Source: Mobula hypostoma | Lineage: Eukaryota | Length of the DNA stretch: 64,000 nucleotides | Reading direction: 5' to 3' | Assembly: GCF_963921235.1 (NCBI RefSeq) | Contig: NC_086108.1 | Location: 115,198,001 to 115,262,000, forward strand | Part shown: in pieces, positions 53,195-64,000 of the stretch | How positions within the stretch are numbered: the stretch's first letter is position 1 | How the letters are laid out: every line of letters starts with the position of its first letter | Made by a program: the position numbers and the translations under genes | Notes under the pieces: generated by a model | What the model was told of the DNA's origin: nothing | Seen by the model: only the letters and a program-made list of their open reading frames with translations | Databases searched by the model: none

Positions 53195-54388
53195 TGGTGT
53201 TCCATCAGCAATGGCGTAAAACAGGGTTGTGTTCTGTCTCCTACTCTGTTTGGACTATTCTTCGCTGCTGTTCTTCCGTATGCCACATCAGACCTGAAGT
53301 CAGGGGTCTTCCTACGAATGAGGGCTGATTGCAGGCTCCTCAACCTCGCAAGACTGAGAGCAAAAACAAAAGTCAGGGACATTGTGACGCATGATGCTAG
53401 TTTGCTGATGACTGTGCACTGGTTGCCCACTCTCTAGAAGACTTACAGGAGATCACCAGTTGCTTTACCAGCACAGCCAAAAGCTTCAGACTGACAGTCA
53501 GCCTGAAAAAGACGGAAGTTTTGTACCAACCGGCTCCTGGCTCAAGCTATGAAGAACCAACTGTCCTCATTGATGACACTCGTCTCAATTCTGTCATCAA
53601 GTTTTGCTACCTGGGCAGCATAATATCATCCTCAGCTTCTCTGGATGTAGAGACTGAGTCAAGAACCAGAAAAGCCTGCTTTGCCTTCGATCAGCTGAAA
53701 GATCGAGTTTGGTCACAGATCATCAGTTTGGCCACCAAGTGCAAGGTACACAGGGCCGTTGTCATTATCAACCTTGTTATACGGATGTGAGACATGGTGC
53801 CAATATCAGAGACACTTACGCCAGCTTGACCAACTGCAGCAGTGTCACCTACATTCTCTGATGAGGATCACCTGGCGAAACAAGGTCTCCAATGCCGAGG
53901 TCCTCTCTCGAGCCGGAATGCCAGCAGTTTCAACCTTGGTGATGTCAGCCCAACTGCGCTGGGCAGGACATGTTGTCAGAATGCCTGATGGAAGACTGCC
54001 CAAGGACATCTTGTACGGCCAACTGTCCAGTGGTACCCGAAAACGAGGAGGCCAGCGACTACGGTACAAGGATGTTCTGCACAGGAGCCTCAAGAAAGCT
54101 GACATTGCCCCATCAACATGGGAGGCTCTGGCTCAAGATCACTCACAGTGGAGGGAAAGGTGTGGACACTGCTGAGAACAAGCTCAACGAGGCAACAGAG
54201 GAAAGGCACAGGAAGCGCCACAACACAGCTTCTGCCCCTGCTGCCCCTCCAGGCCTCACCTGCCAAGTATGTGGCAAGCAGTGCCCGCCAAGGATCGGCC
54301 TGTACAGCCACCCCAGGAAGCACATATCAAACCCCACTAACTGACTGAAAGGAACCGTCATCATCCTATGGGATGGATAGCCAGAGAT
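53195..54388 (+). mobile_element. 5'-truncated RTE-clade LINE
   Basis: GVKQGCVLSPTLF, LLYGCETW, QLRWAGHVVRMPDGRLPK, and terminal CQVCGK...RIGLYSH; frameshifted. Confidence 0.9.
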
Positions 54389-54605
54389 TTGTGTGTGTGT
54401 GTGTGTGTGTTTATTCCAGTGTGTTGTGTATATGTCAGTGTGTGTGTGTGTGTGTGTGTGTTTATTCCAGTGTGTTGTGTATATGTCAGTGTGTGTGTGT
54501 GTGTGTTTATTCCAGTGTGTTGTGTATATGTCAGTGTGTGTGTGTGTGTGTGTGTGTGTTTATTCCAGTGTGTTGTGTATATGTCAGTGTGTGTGTGTGC
54601 GTGTG
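54389..54605. repeat. Composite (GT)n tandem repeat, 4 units
   Basis: ttattccagtgtgttgtgtatatgtca plus variable (GT)n. Confidence 0.9.
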
Positions 54606-54763
54606 TCTGTGAGTGTAGGCAGTGTAATTGCACTACAGCATTATAAGATTGGCAGCATCTGTAATTTTGTTCTTGTCTCTTTATTTAGCTGCTTACATCA
54701 CTGTCAGCAGCCAGGCATGTACTGAAAAGATTCAGTTATCTGTGTGACACTGTGTTCGTTTAG

Positions 54764-54902
54764 GCCCGGTACAAAGCCAAAGATATAACGTCTGGCGTTT
54801 ACCCACACATCTTGCAGAGGAAGGGGTGGAACACGAAGCTTCAAGGTGGCAGTCCTGTCACCATCCAAGCAATGCCTCGGCCAAACGCGACCCCACAAGG
54901 TG
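54764..54902 (+). CDS. LRRIQ3: Candidate LRRIQ3 exon 6
   Basis: ttcgtttag|GCC ... G|gtaagt, 139 nt, phase 0/1. Open frame ARYKAKDITSGVYPHILQRKGWNTKLQGGSPVTIQAMPRPNATPQG. Confidence 0.55.
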
Positions 54903-55029
54903 GTAAGTGAATGAATAATCCTTTTCGATGTACTTGCCCCTCTCCCTCTGCATTTCCTCTCTACCTTTATTTGCCTCTACCACGGGGAAAGGTTGCTCAC
55001 CATTTGCCCAATCTCTGCCTCTCATAAAG

Positions 55030-55825
55030 TGGGTGGTAGAGTAGTGGTGAGCACAATGCTTTAGAGTGCCAGTGATCACCGATGTGGGATCAATTCCCAC
55101 TGGTGTCTGTGAGGAGTTTGTATGTTCACTCTGTGCCCGTGTGTGTTTCCCACTGGTGTCTGTGACGAGTTTGTCTGTTCACTCTGTGACAGTGTGTATT
55201 TCCCACTGGTGTCTGTGAGGAGTTTGTCTGTTCACTCTGTTAGCGTGTGTATTTCCCACTGGTGTCTGTGAGGAGTTTGTATGTTCACTCTGTTCCCGTG
55301 TGTGTTTCCCACTGGTGTCTGTGAGGAGTTTGTATGTTCGCTCTGTGCCCGTGTGTGTTTCCCACTGGTGTCTGTGAGGAGTTTGTATGTTCGCTCTGTG
55401 CCCGTGTGTGTTTCCCACTGGTGTCTGTGAGGAGTTTGTATGTTCGCTCTGTGCCCGTGTGTGTTTCCCACTGGTGTCTGTGAGGAGTTTGTCTGTTCAC
55501 TCTGTGAGCGTGTGTATTTCCCACTGGTGTCTGTGAGGAGTTTGTATGTTCAGTCTGTGACCGTGTGTGTTTCCCACTGCTGTTCACTCTGTGAACGTAC
55601 AAACTCCTTACAGACACCAGTGTGTTTTCTCCGGGTGTTCCAGTTTCCTCTCGCATTCCAAAGACATATGGTTTAAGATTAGTAGGTTGTGGGCATGTTA
55701 TGTTGACACCAGAAGTGTGGTGACATTTGCGGGGGCCCCCAGCACATCCTCTGTGTTAGTCATTGACATTAATGATGCATTTCACTGAATGTTTCAACGT
55801 ATGTGCGACAAATGAAGCTAATCTT
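55030..55825 (+). mobile_element. tRNA-derived SINE with ~9 internal 53-bp tandem copies
   Basis: Unit cccactggtgtctgtgaggagtttgtatgttcactctgtgcccgtgtgtgttt (~55096-55580). Confidence 0.8.
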
Positions 55826-56756
55826 TAAATTTTATCAAGTCTCCCCTCTGCCTCCTTTGCTCAAGAAAAGCAATTGCAGTTTGTCCAATCCCTCCCCATA
55901 ACTGCTGTATCCTCTGCACCCTCTCCAACATAACCACAGCCTTCCTAAAGAGCGATGATGAGAACTGCTCACGATCCCAACTCCCTACGAGGAGAGATTG
56001 TAGAGGTCGGCTTTGCTTTCCATAGAGTGGAGGAAGCTGAGATGGGGACCTGGTAGAAGTGTACAAATTTCTGAGGGCCATACGTAGGTGGAGAGAAGGA
56101 AACTTCTCCCAATGGCAGAGACGCAGAGAACTACAGAACGAAGAAGAAACAGAGGGAGATTGGGGTCCATGTCCATCGATCCCTCGACATTGCTGAGCAA
56201 GTTGATTGGGTGGTTAAGAAGGTGTGCAGTGTGTCGGGGGATCAAGTTCAAGAGCCACAAGGTAATATTACAGGGTAATGTTACAGGGATTGAGCCACAA
56301 GGGAATATTACAGCTCTGGTTAGACTTCTGGTTACTTCTCTTGGACTATCGTGTTCAGTTCTTGTTGCCTCATTGTAGGAATGATGTGGAAGCTCTAGAA
56401 AGGGTTCAGAGGACATTTACCAGGATGCCGCCTGGATTAGAGAGCATGTATTATGAGGATCAGTTGATAGAGATGGGGCTTTGCTTCTTGAAGTGAAGGA
56501 GGATGAGAGATGACTTGATAGGAGTATACAAGATGCTGATAGACACAGATAGAGTGGACAGCCATGGGCTTTTTCCGAAGGCATGAATGGCTCATACAAG
56601 GGGGCAGAATTTTAAAATGTTTGCAAGGAAGTATAGGGGGGATGTCAGAGGTATATTTCTTTTTACATAGAAAGTGGTGGATGTGTGGAGTGTACTGCCG
56701 GAGGTAATAAAGGACATTGAAGAAATACAATCAAAGAAAAAAAAATGGAGGGTTAT

Positions 56757-57459
56757 AAGACCGTAAGACATAGGAGCAGAATTAGGCCATTCAGGCCATC
56801 GAGTCCACTCCACCATTACATCATGGCTGATCCTGGATCTTATTCAACCCCATACACCTGACCTCTCACCATATCCCTTGATGCCCCAAGCAATCAGGAA
56901 TCTATCAAATATTGCTCTGAATATACTCATGGACTTGGCCTCCATCGCAGTCTGTAGCAGAGTATTCCACAGGTTCGCTACTCTCTGGCTAAAAAAAAAT
57001 TCCTCCTTACTTCTGATCTAAAAGGTCACCCCTCAATTTTGAGGCTGTACCGTCTAGTTCTGGATACCCCCACCATAGGAAACATCATCTCCACATTTAC
57101 CCAATCTAGTCCTTTCAATATTCGGTAGGTTTCAATGAGATCACTACTCATTCTTCTAAATTCCAGTGAGTACAGGCCCAAAGCTGCCAAACACTCCTCA
57201 TATGTTAACCCCTTCATTCTCAGAATATTCTTTGTGAACCTCCTCTGGACTCTCTCCAATGACAACACATCCTTTCTGAGATATGGGGCTCAAAACTATT
57301 GACTATACTCCAAGTGTAGCCTGACGAGTGTCTTATAAACATTATCTTCTTGTTTTTATATTCTATTCCCCTTGAAATAAATGCCAACATTGCATTTGCC
57401 TCCTTTACCACAGACTCAACCCTTAAGTTAAACTTCTGGGAGTTTTGCGCTAGGACTTA
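56757..57459 (-). mobile_element. CR1 3' fragment
   Basis: LERVQRRFTK...LGLYSLEFRRM. Confidence 0.85.
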
Positions 57460-57462
57460 TAA

Positions 57463-58360
57463 GGCTACGCCCACACTAGACTGGTTAATTTTGAAAACGC
57501 CAGTTTCGAGTAAAAACAACAGGCGTCCACACGACGCGTTTTTCAAAATATCTCTGTCCGCACTAAAACGGATATTTGGACGAATCTCCTCCTACTGGGC
57601 ATGCGCAGACACATCTACAGAAAAGAAGCGAAGAGGAAACGGTATAATATTTACGTTTCTGCGGTGGTGTTGTGCTATGTCCATCGGTCAAAAACTAGAG
57701 TACCTACAACAACAGCGAAAGAAAGTTTTTAAAAATGTCTTCGAAGAAAACCTCCGCTGGAGAAAGCAGACTGGACTTCTTCGTTTAGACAGGCAATGAA
57801 GTCGAGTGTTTCTGCCAGTTACAGTCAGCAAAGCAGTGGAGAACGTGGAGAGAGATGTTTAACTCCAAACAAGCTATTAACGTAGACAATAAAGTAAACA
57901 ACACACACATGAAGCTGTCCTCTACCCAAGATCAACAAGAGAGTAGAATCTTCTGCCGCCAGACCTGCGCAATATTTCTGACATTAATATTTTTAAAGAT
58001 GGACTCAATCAAATCAATTTAGGGGATCTAGTCAAAAAAGCTCACTTTACAATTTAACTCTCACGCCCTTCACACCGACTGCGCGTTGTAACAGCCATCC
58101 AGCATTGCTTGCGCAGTACCAAGCAGAAGCAGAAAAAGCATTGTTGTTGTGGTGTTGTCATGACAGCGTTTTTAAATCTCTCTGTTTACTCCGTGCAGAC
58201 TACAACGCTAAACAATCGTTTTCAAATTTACACACTCTGGAGAGTGTTTGAAAATCTCCATTTTTGGGGGATGAAAATGCCGTACCAGTGTGGACAGAGG
58301 GTCAAAACGAAGAGAAAAAGCTTTGATTTCAAAATTATCCTGCAAAGTGTGGACGTAGCC
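57463..58360 (+). mobile_element. PIF/Harbinger non-autonomous DNA transposon
   Basis: TIRs GGCTACGCCCACACT / AGTGTGGACGTAGCC; TAA TSD on both sides; internal FFV*TGNEVE resembles a Harbinger Myb/SANT N-terminus. Confidence 0.88.
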
Positions 58361-58764
58361 TAACTTCTGGTGTTTGAATTACGTAGAAGGGAAGAGTTAT
58401 ATTGATCTTAAGTTATGTTAAAATGTCAGCACAACTTCATGGCTGCGGGGCCTGTACAGTCTATGTTCAAAGACTTGGGGTAAAGGGTAGGTGGATTGGA
58501 AAGGATCTAAGTAACAACTTCCTTCTCCAAGAGGGTTTGGAATCTGGGATTAATTAAGGGAAGCAGTGAAGACAGAGATCGTCACAATGTTTACGAGGTG
58601 TCTGGAGAAGCAGTTGAATCAGCAAGGCTGAAAGGGAACAAGTGCTGTTGGTGTAGATGGGCACCTGATGGTCATGAACATCACATGATGAGCCCAAGGG
58701 CCTGTTTGTGTATCATTTGACTCTACGATCCCTGAAAGCAAGAACTTCACATCTAATTAATTGC

Positions 58765-59940
58765 AGACAAGAGAAAATCTGCAGATGCTGGAAATCTAAG
58801 CAACACACACAAAATGGTGGAGGAACTCAGCAAGCCAGAAAAAAGGATGCTGAACACTGAGGCTGGTGGATGTACATGCACATCAGGTCTTACCCCATCA
58901 TCCTGCCACCCTATCAGGGATAAACCACCTCTTGTTTTCACGTACCAGCCCACCAGCCTCTGCGTCCAGCACATAATTCTCTGAAAATTCCGCCATCTCC
59001 AGTGTGATCCCACCATCAAGCAAATCTCCCCGCCCCCCCAACTTGCTGCTTTCCGTAGAGATCGCTCCCTACGTGGACTCTCTTGTCCGTTTGTCCCTCC
59101 CCACTGATCTCCCTCCTGGTACTTATCCTTGCAAGCAGAACAAGTGCTACACCTCCTCCCTGACTACCATCCAGGACCCTAAACAGACTTTCCAGGTGAG
59201 GCGACACTTCAGCTGTGAACAACAGGAATTCTGCAGATGCTGGAAATTCAAGCAACACACATAAAAGTTGCTGGTGAACACAGCAGGCCAGGCAGCATCT
59301 CTAGGAAGAGGTGCAGTCGACGTTTCAGGCCGAGACCCTTCGTCAGGACTAACTTCAGCTGTGAGTCTGTTGGGGTCATATACTGTGTTCGGTGCTCTCG
59401 GTGTGGCCTTCTGTATATCATTGAGACCCAATGTAGATTAGGAGATAGATTTGCTGAGCACTTACACTCCGTCCACCAGAACAAGTTGGATCTCCCAGAC
59501 GCCACTCATTTTAATTCCACTTCCAATTTCCATTCTGATATGTCAATGGGTTGCCGCCTCTACTGTCGAGACGAGGCTACACTCAGACTGGAGGAACACC
59601 TTGTATCCCTTCTGAGTAGTATTCAACCTGATAATATAAATACGGATTTCTCGAACTTCCAGTAATTCATTGCCCCTCTACTTCAGCATTTCTCATCCAC
59701 TTTTCCCTCTCTCACCTCAGCTCCTTGCCTGTCCATCACCTCCCTCTGGTGCTCCTCTCCCCTTTTCTTTCTTCCATGTCTTCTCCTATTGGATTTCTCC
59801 CTTTTCCAGCCCTGTATCTCTTTCAGCAATCAACTTTCCAGCACTTTACTTCATCTGTCCCCCTTCCGGTTTCACCTATCACCTGCTGTTTCTCTCCCTC
59901 GCCCCATCTTTTAAATCTACTCCTCAGCTTTTTCTCTCCA
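58765..59940 (+). mobile_element. Penelope-like element with short inverted 5' end and nested insert
   Basis: VIYCVRCSRCGLLYIIET...RFAEHL GIY-YIG remnant. Confidence 0.85.
59219..59351 (-). mobile_element. 133-bp hammerhead-bearing element with 13-bp TSD
   Basis: TSD acttcagctgtga (59206-59218 and 59352-59364); reverse complement tagtc CTGACGA a gggtctcggcct GAAAC GTC gactg at 59314-59351. Confidence 0.85.
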
Positions 59941-61215
59941 CTTAGATAATAGTCTGCACTATTGTTCCTTTTACCAAAATGCATTTTCATACATTTCCCA
60001 ACACTATATTCCATCTGCCACTTTTTTGCCCATTCTTCCAAATTGTTTAAGTCCTGTTGAAATCACATTGCTTCGTCAGCACTACCTACGCCCCCCCCAT
60101 CTACCTTTGTATTATCCACAAACTTTGCCACAAAGCCATCAACTCCATGATCTAAATCACTGACAAACAATGTGAAAAGTAGCAGTCCCAATACTGACCC
60201 CTGAGGAACACCACTAGTCAACGGCAACCAACCGGAAAAGGCCCCTTTTATTCCCACTCACTGCCTCCTGCCTGTCAGCCATTCCGCTATCCATGCCAGT
60301 ATCTTTTGTGTAATGCAATAGGATTTTATCTTGTCAAGCAGCCTCATGTATGGCACTTGATCAAACACCTTTTGAAAATCCAAGTAAATGACATCCACTG
60401 CCTCTCCTTTGTCCACCCTGCTTGTTACTTCCTTGAAGAATTCTAACAGATTTGTCAGGCAAGAAACCATGTACAGAAACCATGTTTTTATCATTAGTCT
60501 CCAAGTATCTCAAAACTTCATCCTTAATAATAGACTTATAAATTATTACAGATTATTACAGTAAGCTGCTTTATATTATTGGCTAGTCTGCCATCATATT
60601 TCATCTTTTCCCTTCTTATGGCGCTTTTAGTTGCCTTTTGTTGGATTTTAAACACTTCTCCATCATCCAACTTCCCACTCACTTTTGCTACCTGATATGC
60701 CCTTTCCTTGGCTTTTATGCAGTCTTTAACTTCCTTTGTCAGCCACAGTTGCCTACTCCTGCCATTTGAGAGCTTCTTCTGTGGGACATAACTATCCTGC
60801 ACTTTGTGAACTATTCCGAGAAACTTCAGCCATCTCTGCCCTGCCATCATCCCTGCCAGTATCCCCCTCCATTCCACTTGGGCAAACTTCTCTCTCATGC
60901 CTCTGTAATTCCCTTTATTCCATTGTGATACAGATACATGTGACCTATGCTTCTCCCTCTCAAATTGCAGTATGAATTCAATCATATTATGATCACTGCT
61001 TCCTCAGGGTTCCTTTACCTTAAGATCCCTTATAAGATCTGGGTTAATGTACAACACCCAATCCAAGATGGCCTTTCCCCAAGTAGGGTCAAGCACAAGC
61101 TGCTCTAATGAGCCATCTTGAAGGCATTCAACAAATTCCCCCTCTTGCGATCCGCTGCCATCCTGATTTTCCCTATCCCTTTGCATATTGAAGTCTCCCA
61201 TTACAATTGTGTCAT
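59940..61215 (-). mobile_element. Decayed CR1 ORF2 fragment
   Basis: [23 protein letters not shown] and KFVDNTK motifs. Confidence 0.85.
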
Positions 61216-61924
61216 TAGGGTGGAAATGGTTTGTAGAAAAGCAGAACACCGAAAGTCTTGTAGCTCAGGTACAAAGAAACACAGAGGGAAGGAAGGAAAG
61301 TGATAAAGAATGCAGAAAGAGAATATGAGAGAGTATGAGCGGGACATCAAGCACAGAACTGCAGATCTTCAGAGCAAAAGCTTTGTGACTGCTTGTTGAC
61401 TGACAGCTCAGATAGCTACATTGGAAACCTGAAGATGGATCCTTACTAAATAGTTAATCTCACCGTCAGTGAAACAGGAACACTAGAAATAAATTGAGGA
61501 ATCTGTTAGATTTAGTGTCAGTCTAAAAATGGTGATGGGAGAATTAATGAGATTAGGCATGCGCTAATCTTCGGGAGCCAATGGTTTCTATCACACAACT
61601 ACTACAGGGAGTACGGAAGGAAATTATTAATGTGTTGGCCGAGATATTCTCAATTGAGAAATTGCCTCACTGTCCTGGAGAAGTGCCAAGGCATCTCTGT
61701 GTTAAGGTGAGTGGCCACGATAAGATGGGGAGGGATCTGTTAAAATGCTGTTACTGGAATTTGTTAACTTTGGGCAGAGTATCTGAGCTCTTGCAGAAGC
61801 ACTTGATCAGAGCGAATCAGCGTGGGATGAAAGGGCTACTCGTTTCTAATAAAGCCAGTTCGTTTTTCTTTTAGGATGTAATGAACAGGTAAATGAGGAT
61901 ATGTCTCTGAAAAAAGTGGAATTT

Positions 61925-62525
61925 CCCAGTGCCCAACCATTTTAATACCTACTCCTAATCCTGTTCCAGTATGGCAGTTCATGGCCTCCTTTTTTTACTA
62001 TGATGAAGGGCAACACTTCATATTCCATCTAGGTAGCCTCCAACCTGATGGCATGAATATCGATTTCTTCTTCCAGTATTTTTTTTCCTTCCAACTTCTG
62101 TCTTCTTCCATTCCCCACTCTGGCTTCTTGGCTCTTCACCTCACCTGCCTATCATCCCCACTGGTGTCCCTCCTTCTTCCTTTTCTCCCATGGTCCACTC
62201 TTCTCTCCTATCAGATTGCTTCCTCTCCAGCCATGTACCTTTCTCACTCATCTGGCTTCACCTATCACCTTCTAGCTGTCCACCTTCTAGCTGTCCTCCT
62301 TCCCCTATCCCCACCTTTCCATTCTGAGTCTTCCCCTTCCTATTCTGAGTCTTCCCCTTCCTTTCCATTCCGAGTCTTCCCCTTCCTTTCCAGTCCTGAA
62401 GAAGGGTTTTGGTCTGAAACATCGGCTGTTTATTCATTTCCATAGATACTGCCTGACCTGCTGAGTTCTTCCACCATTTTGTGTGTTTTGCTTTGGATTT
62501 CCAGCATCTACAGAATCTCTTGTGT
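61925..62525 (+). mobile_element. Penelope-like 3' fragment with decayed hammerhead (62391-62428)
   Basis: HFIFHLGSLQPDGMNIDF; cagtcctgaagaagggttttggtctgaaacatcggctg. Confidence 0.75.
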
Positions 62526-62689
62526 TTAATTATGTGGGTCTTATACCTGTGAACTTCCAAATGGCTTCTGATGAAGTTCCACAGAAGAGATAATTACTAA
62601 GCATTAAAGCACATTGGCTTGAATGGGAAATTGGTCAGTGGCAGAGAGGCAAGGATTCATGACGTTAATTGTGTCTAAAAATTGTCAGA

Positions 62690-63325
62690 TTAGAGGATAA
62701 AGATTATAAAGAGAGTTGTTGACACATTAGCCTTTGTAAATCAGAGTACCAAGTACAGAAGCTGGGATGTTATGTTGAAGTTTTATAAGATGTTGGTGAG
62801 GCCAGATTCAGAGTACTGTGTGCATTTCTGGTCACCTATTATAGGAAAGATATCAATAAGATTGAAAGAATATAGAGAGAATTGACAAGCATGTTGTCAG
62901 GACTTGAGGACCTGAATCATAGGGAAAGGTTGAACAAGTTAGGTTTTTATTCCCTGGACTGTAGGAAAATGAGGGGAGATTTGCTGGTGGTAAAAAATTG
63001 AGGAGTATAGATAGGGTAAGTACAAGCAAGCATTTCCCTCTAAGATTGGGTAAGACTAGAACTAGAGGTCACAGGTTCAGGGTGAAGTGTGAAAGATTTA
63101 AGAAAACCTGCAAGAGAATTTCTTCATTCAGAGGGTGGTACAAGTGTGGAATGAGATGCCAGCACATGTGGTGGATAAGGGATCAATTGCAACATTTAAG
63201 AGAATTTTGGATAGGTACATAGATGGAAGGGGTATGGAAGGTTATGGAGGCCTATGCAAAGTAACCAGCATGGATTAGATGGGCCAAAAGGCCTAACTGT
63301 GTGCTGAGGAACTCTATGATTCTCT
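62690..63325 (+). mobile_element. Decayed CR1 3' fragment
   Basis: FPLRLGKTRTRGHRF and a CR1-type tail. Confidence 0.75.
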
Positions 63326-63327
63326 AA

Positions 63328-63660
63328 GGATTGTCACCTTATGGTCGAGAGGCAAGATCCTGAAAACGATATCATCTGGAGTTTAGCCATCTGGTGGTTA
63401 GCCCCCGGTAGAGGTTAAGGGAGAGGTTCCAGACAGAGCAATCCAACCAAGTCCTCAACGGTGGAGCTGGTGGAAGATGCTGACACATCACGAGGGCAGT
63501 GAAGGTGGGGGAAGGCTGCAGCAGTGAAAGGTTTCCATTTCCTGACCCCAATCTGTTTAGGACCAAGTGGTGGCTGCCGTGCATCAACATCCCCATATAC
63601 ACAGGCATTCTCCACTAAGGCAATAAACCCTTAGCTTAGGAGAACATCATACTTGACTCA
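63328..63660 (+). mobile_element. RTE/Rex3 5'-UTR-like non-autonomous element
   Basis: Shares head and tail with 11656-12008. Confidence 0.6.
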
Positions 63661-64000
63661 TTACTATTGTTCCATAACTCTATAAACTCATGAACTCTAG
63701 AAATAAGGGCCTCTCAGCCCTGTGATCCTCCCAGCTGTTTTCACAGTCCTTTGCAGGGACTTCTGGTCAATGCTTGACTGCTTCCATACCAGGTGGAGAT
63801 GCGACATATCAGGATGCAATTCATGGTGTTCCTATAATTGGGGGTTGGTGGGTGGGAGAGCCTCGCTTGACTCAGTCTTCTCAGGAAGTGGAGGCACTGC
63901 TGTGCCGCCGCCTTCAGGGAGGTGATATTAAGGGACTAGGTGCGGTCATCCGTGATGTGAACTCCCAGGAACTTAACTCTCTCTATGGGGGAGTCATGTA

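Noticed and set aside
50437..53437. Long His/Thr- or Cys/Val-rich ORFs
   Set aside because: Translations of (TG)n low-complexity DNA; the same holds for 44248-44696 and 54361-54725.
61215..61915. Possible further LRRIQ3 coiled-coil exon
   Set aside because: Contains stops, lacks convincing splice sites and resembles highly decayed CR1 ORF2.

Overview
Eukaryotic, repeat-dense vertebrate DNA. The CR1, Penelope and tRNA-SINE repertoire suggests a cartilaginous fish such as a ray; this is inferred, not verified. One host gene crosses the window on the + strand: LRRIQ3 (LRR + IQ motif). It has three confident coding exons (9825-10103, 12778-13098, 30551-30687) and three further phase-compatible candidates (40902-40989, 44976-45059, 54764-54902), and it continues past the window. 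The rest is intronic or intergenic mobile DNA: many CR1 LINEs (one with a near-complete ORF2), Penelope-like (GIY-YIG) elements, Rex1/Babar and RTE fragments, a HERO-like RLE retrotransposon, a Gypsy gag/protease remnant with a perfect tRNA-Pro PBS, a solo LTR, Tc1 and Harbinger non-autonomous transposons, SINEs and several minisatellites. Two signals stand out. (1) About ten minimal type I hammerhead ribozyme motifs sit in Penelope termini and in tiny (~135 bp) independently inserted elements, several on the sense strand of the host pre-mRNA. (2) A 42-bp intronic tandem array of ~20 units has a CTCF-like core plus upstream module in each unit. No prokaryotic features or CRISPR arrays. Repeat boundaries are approximate unless a TSD or TIR is cited.
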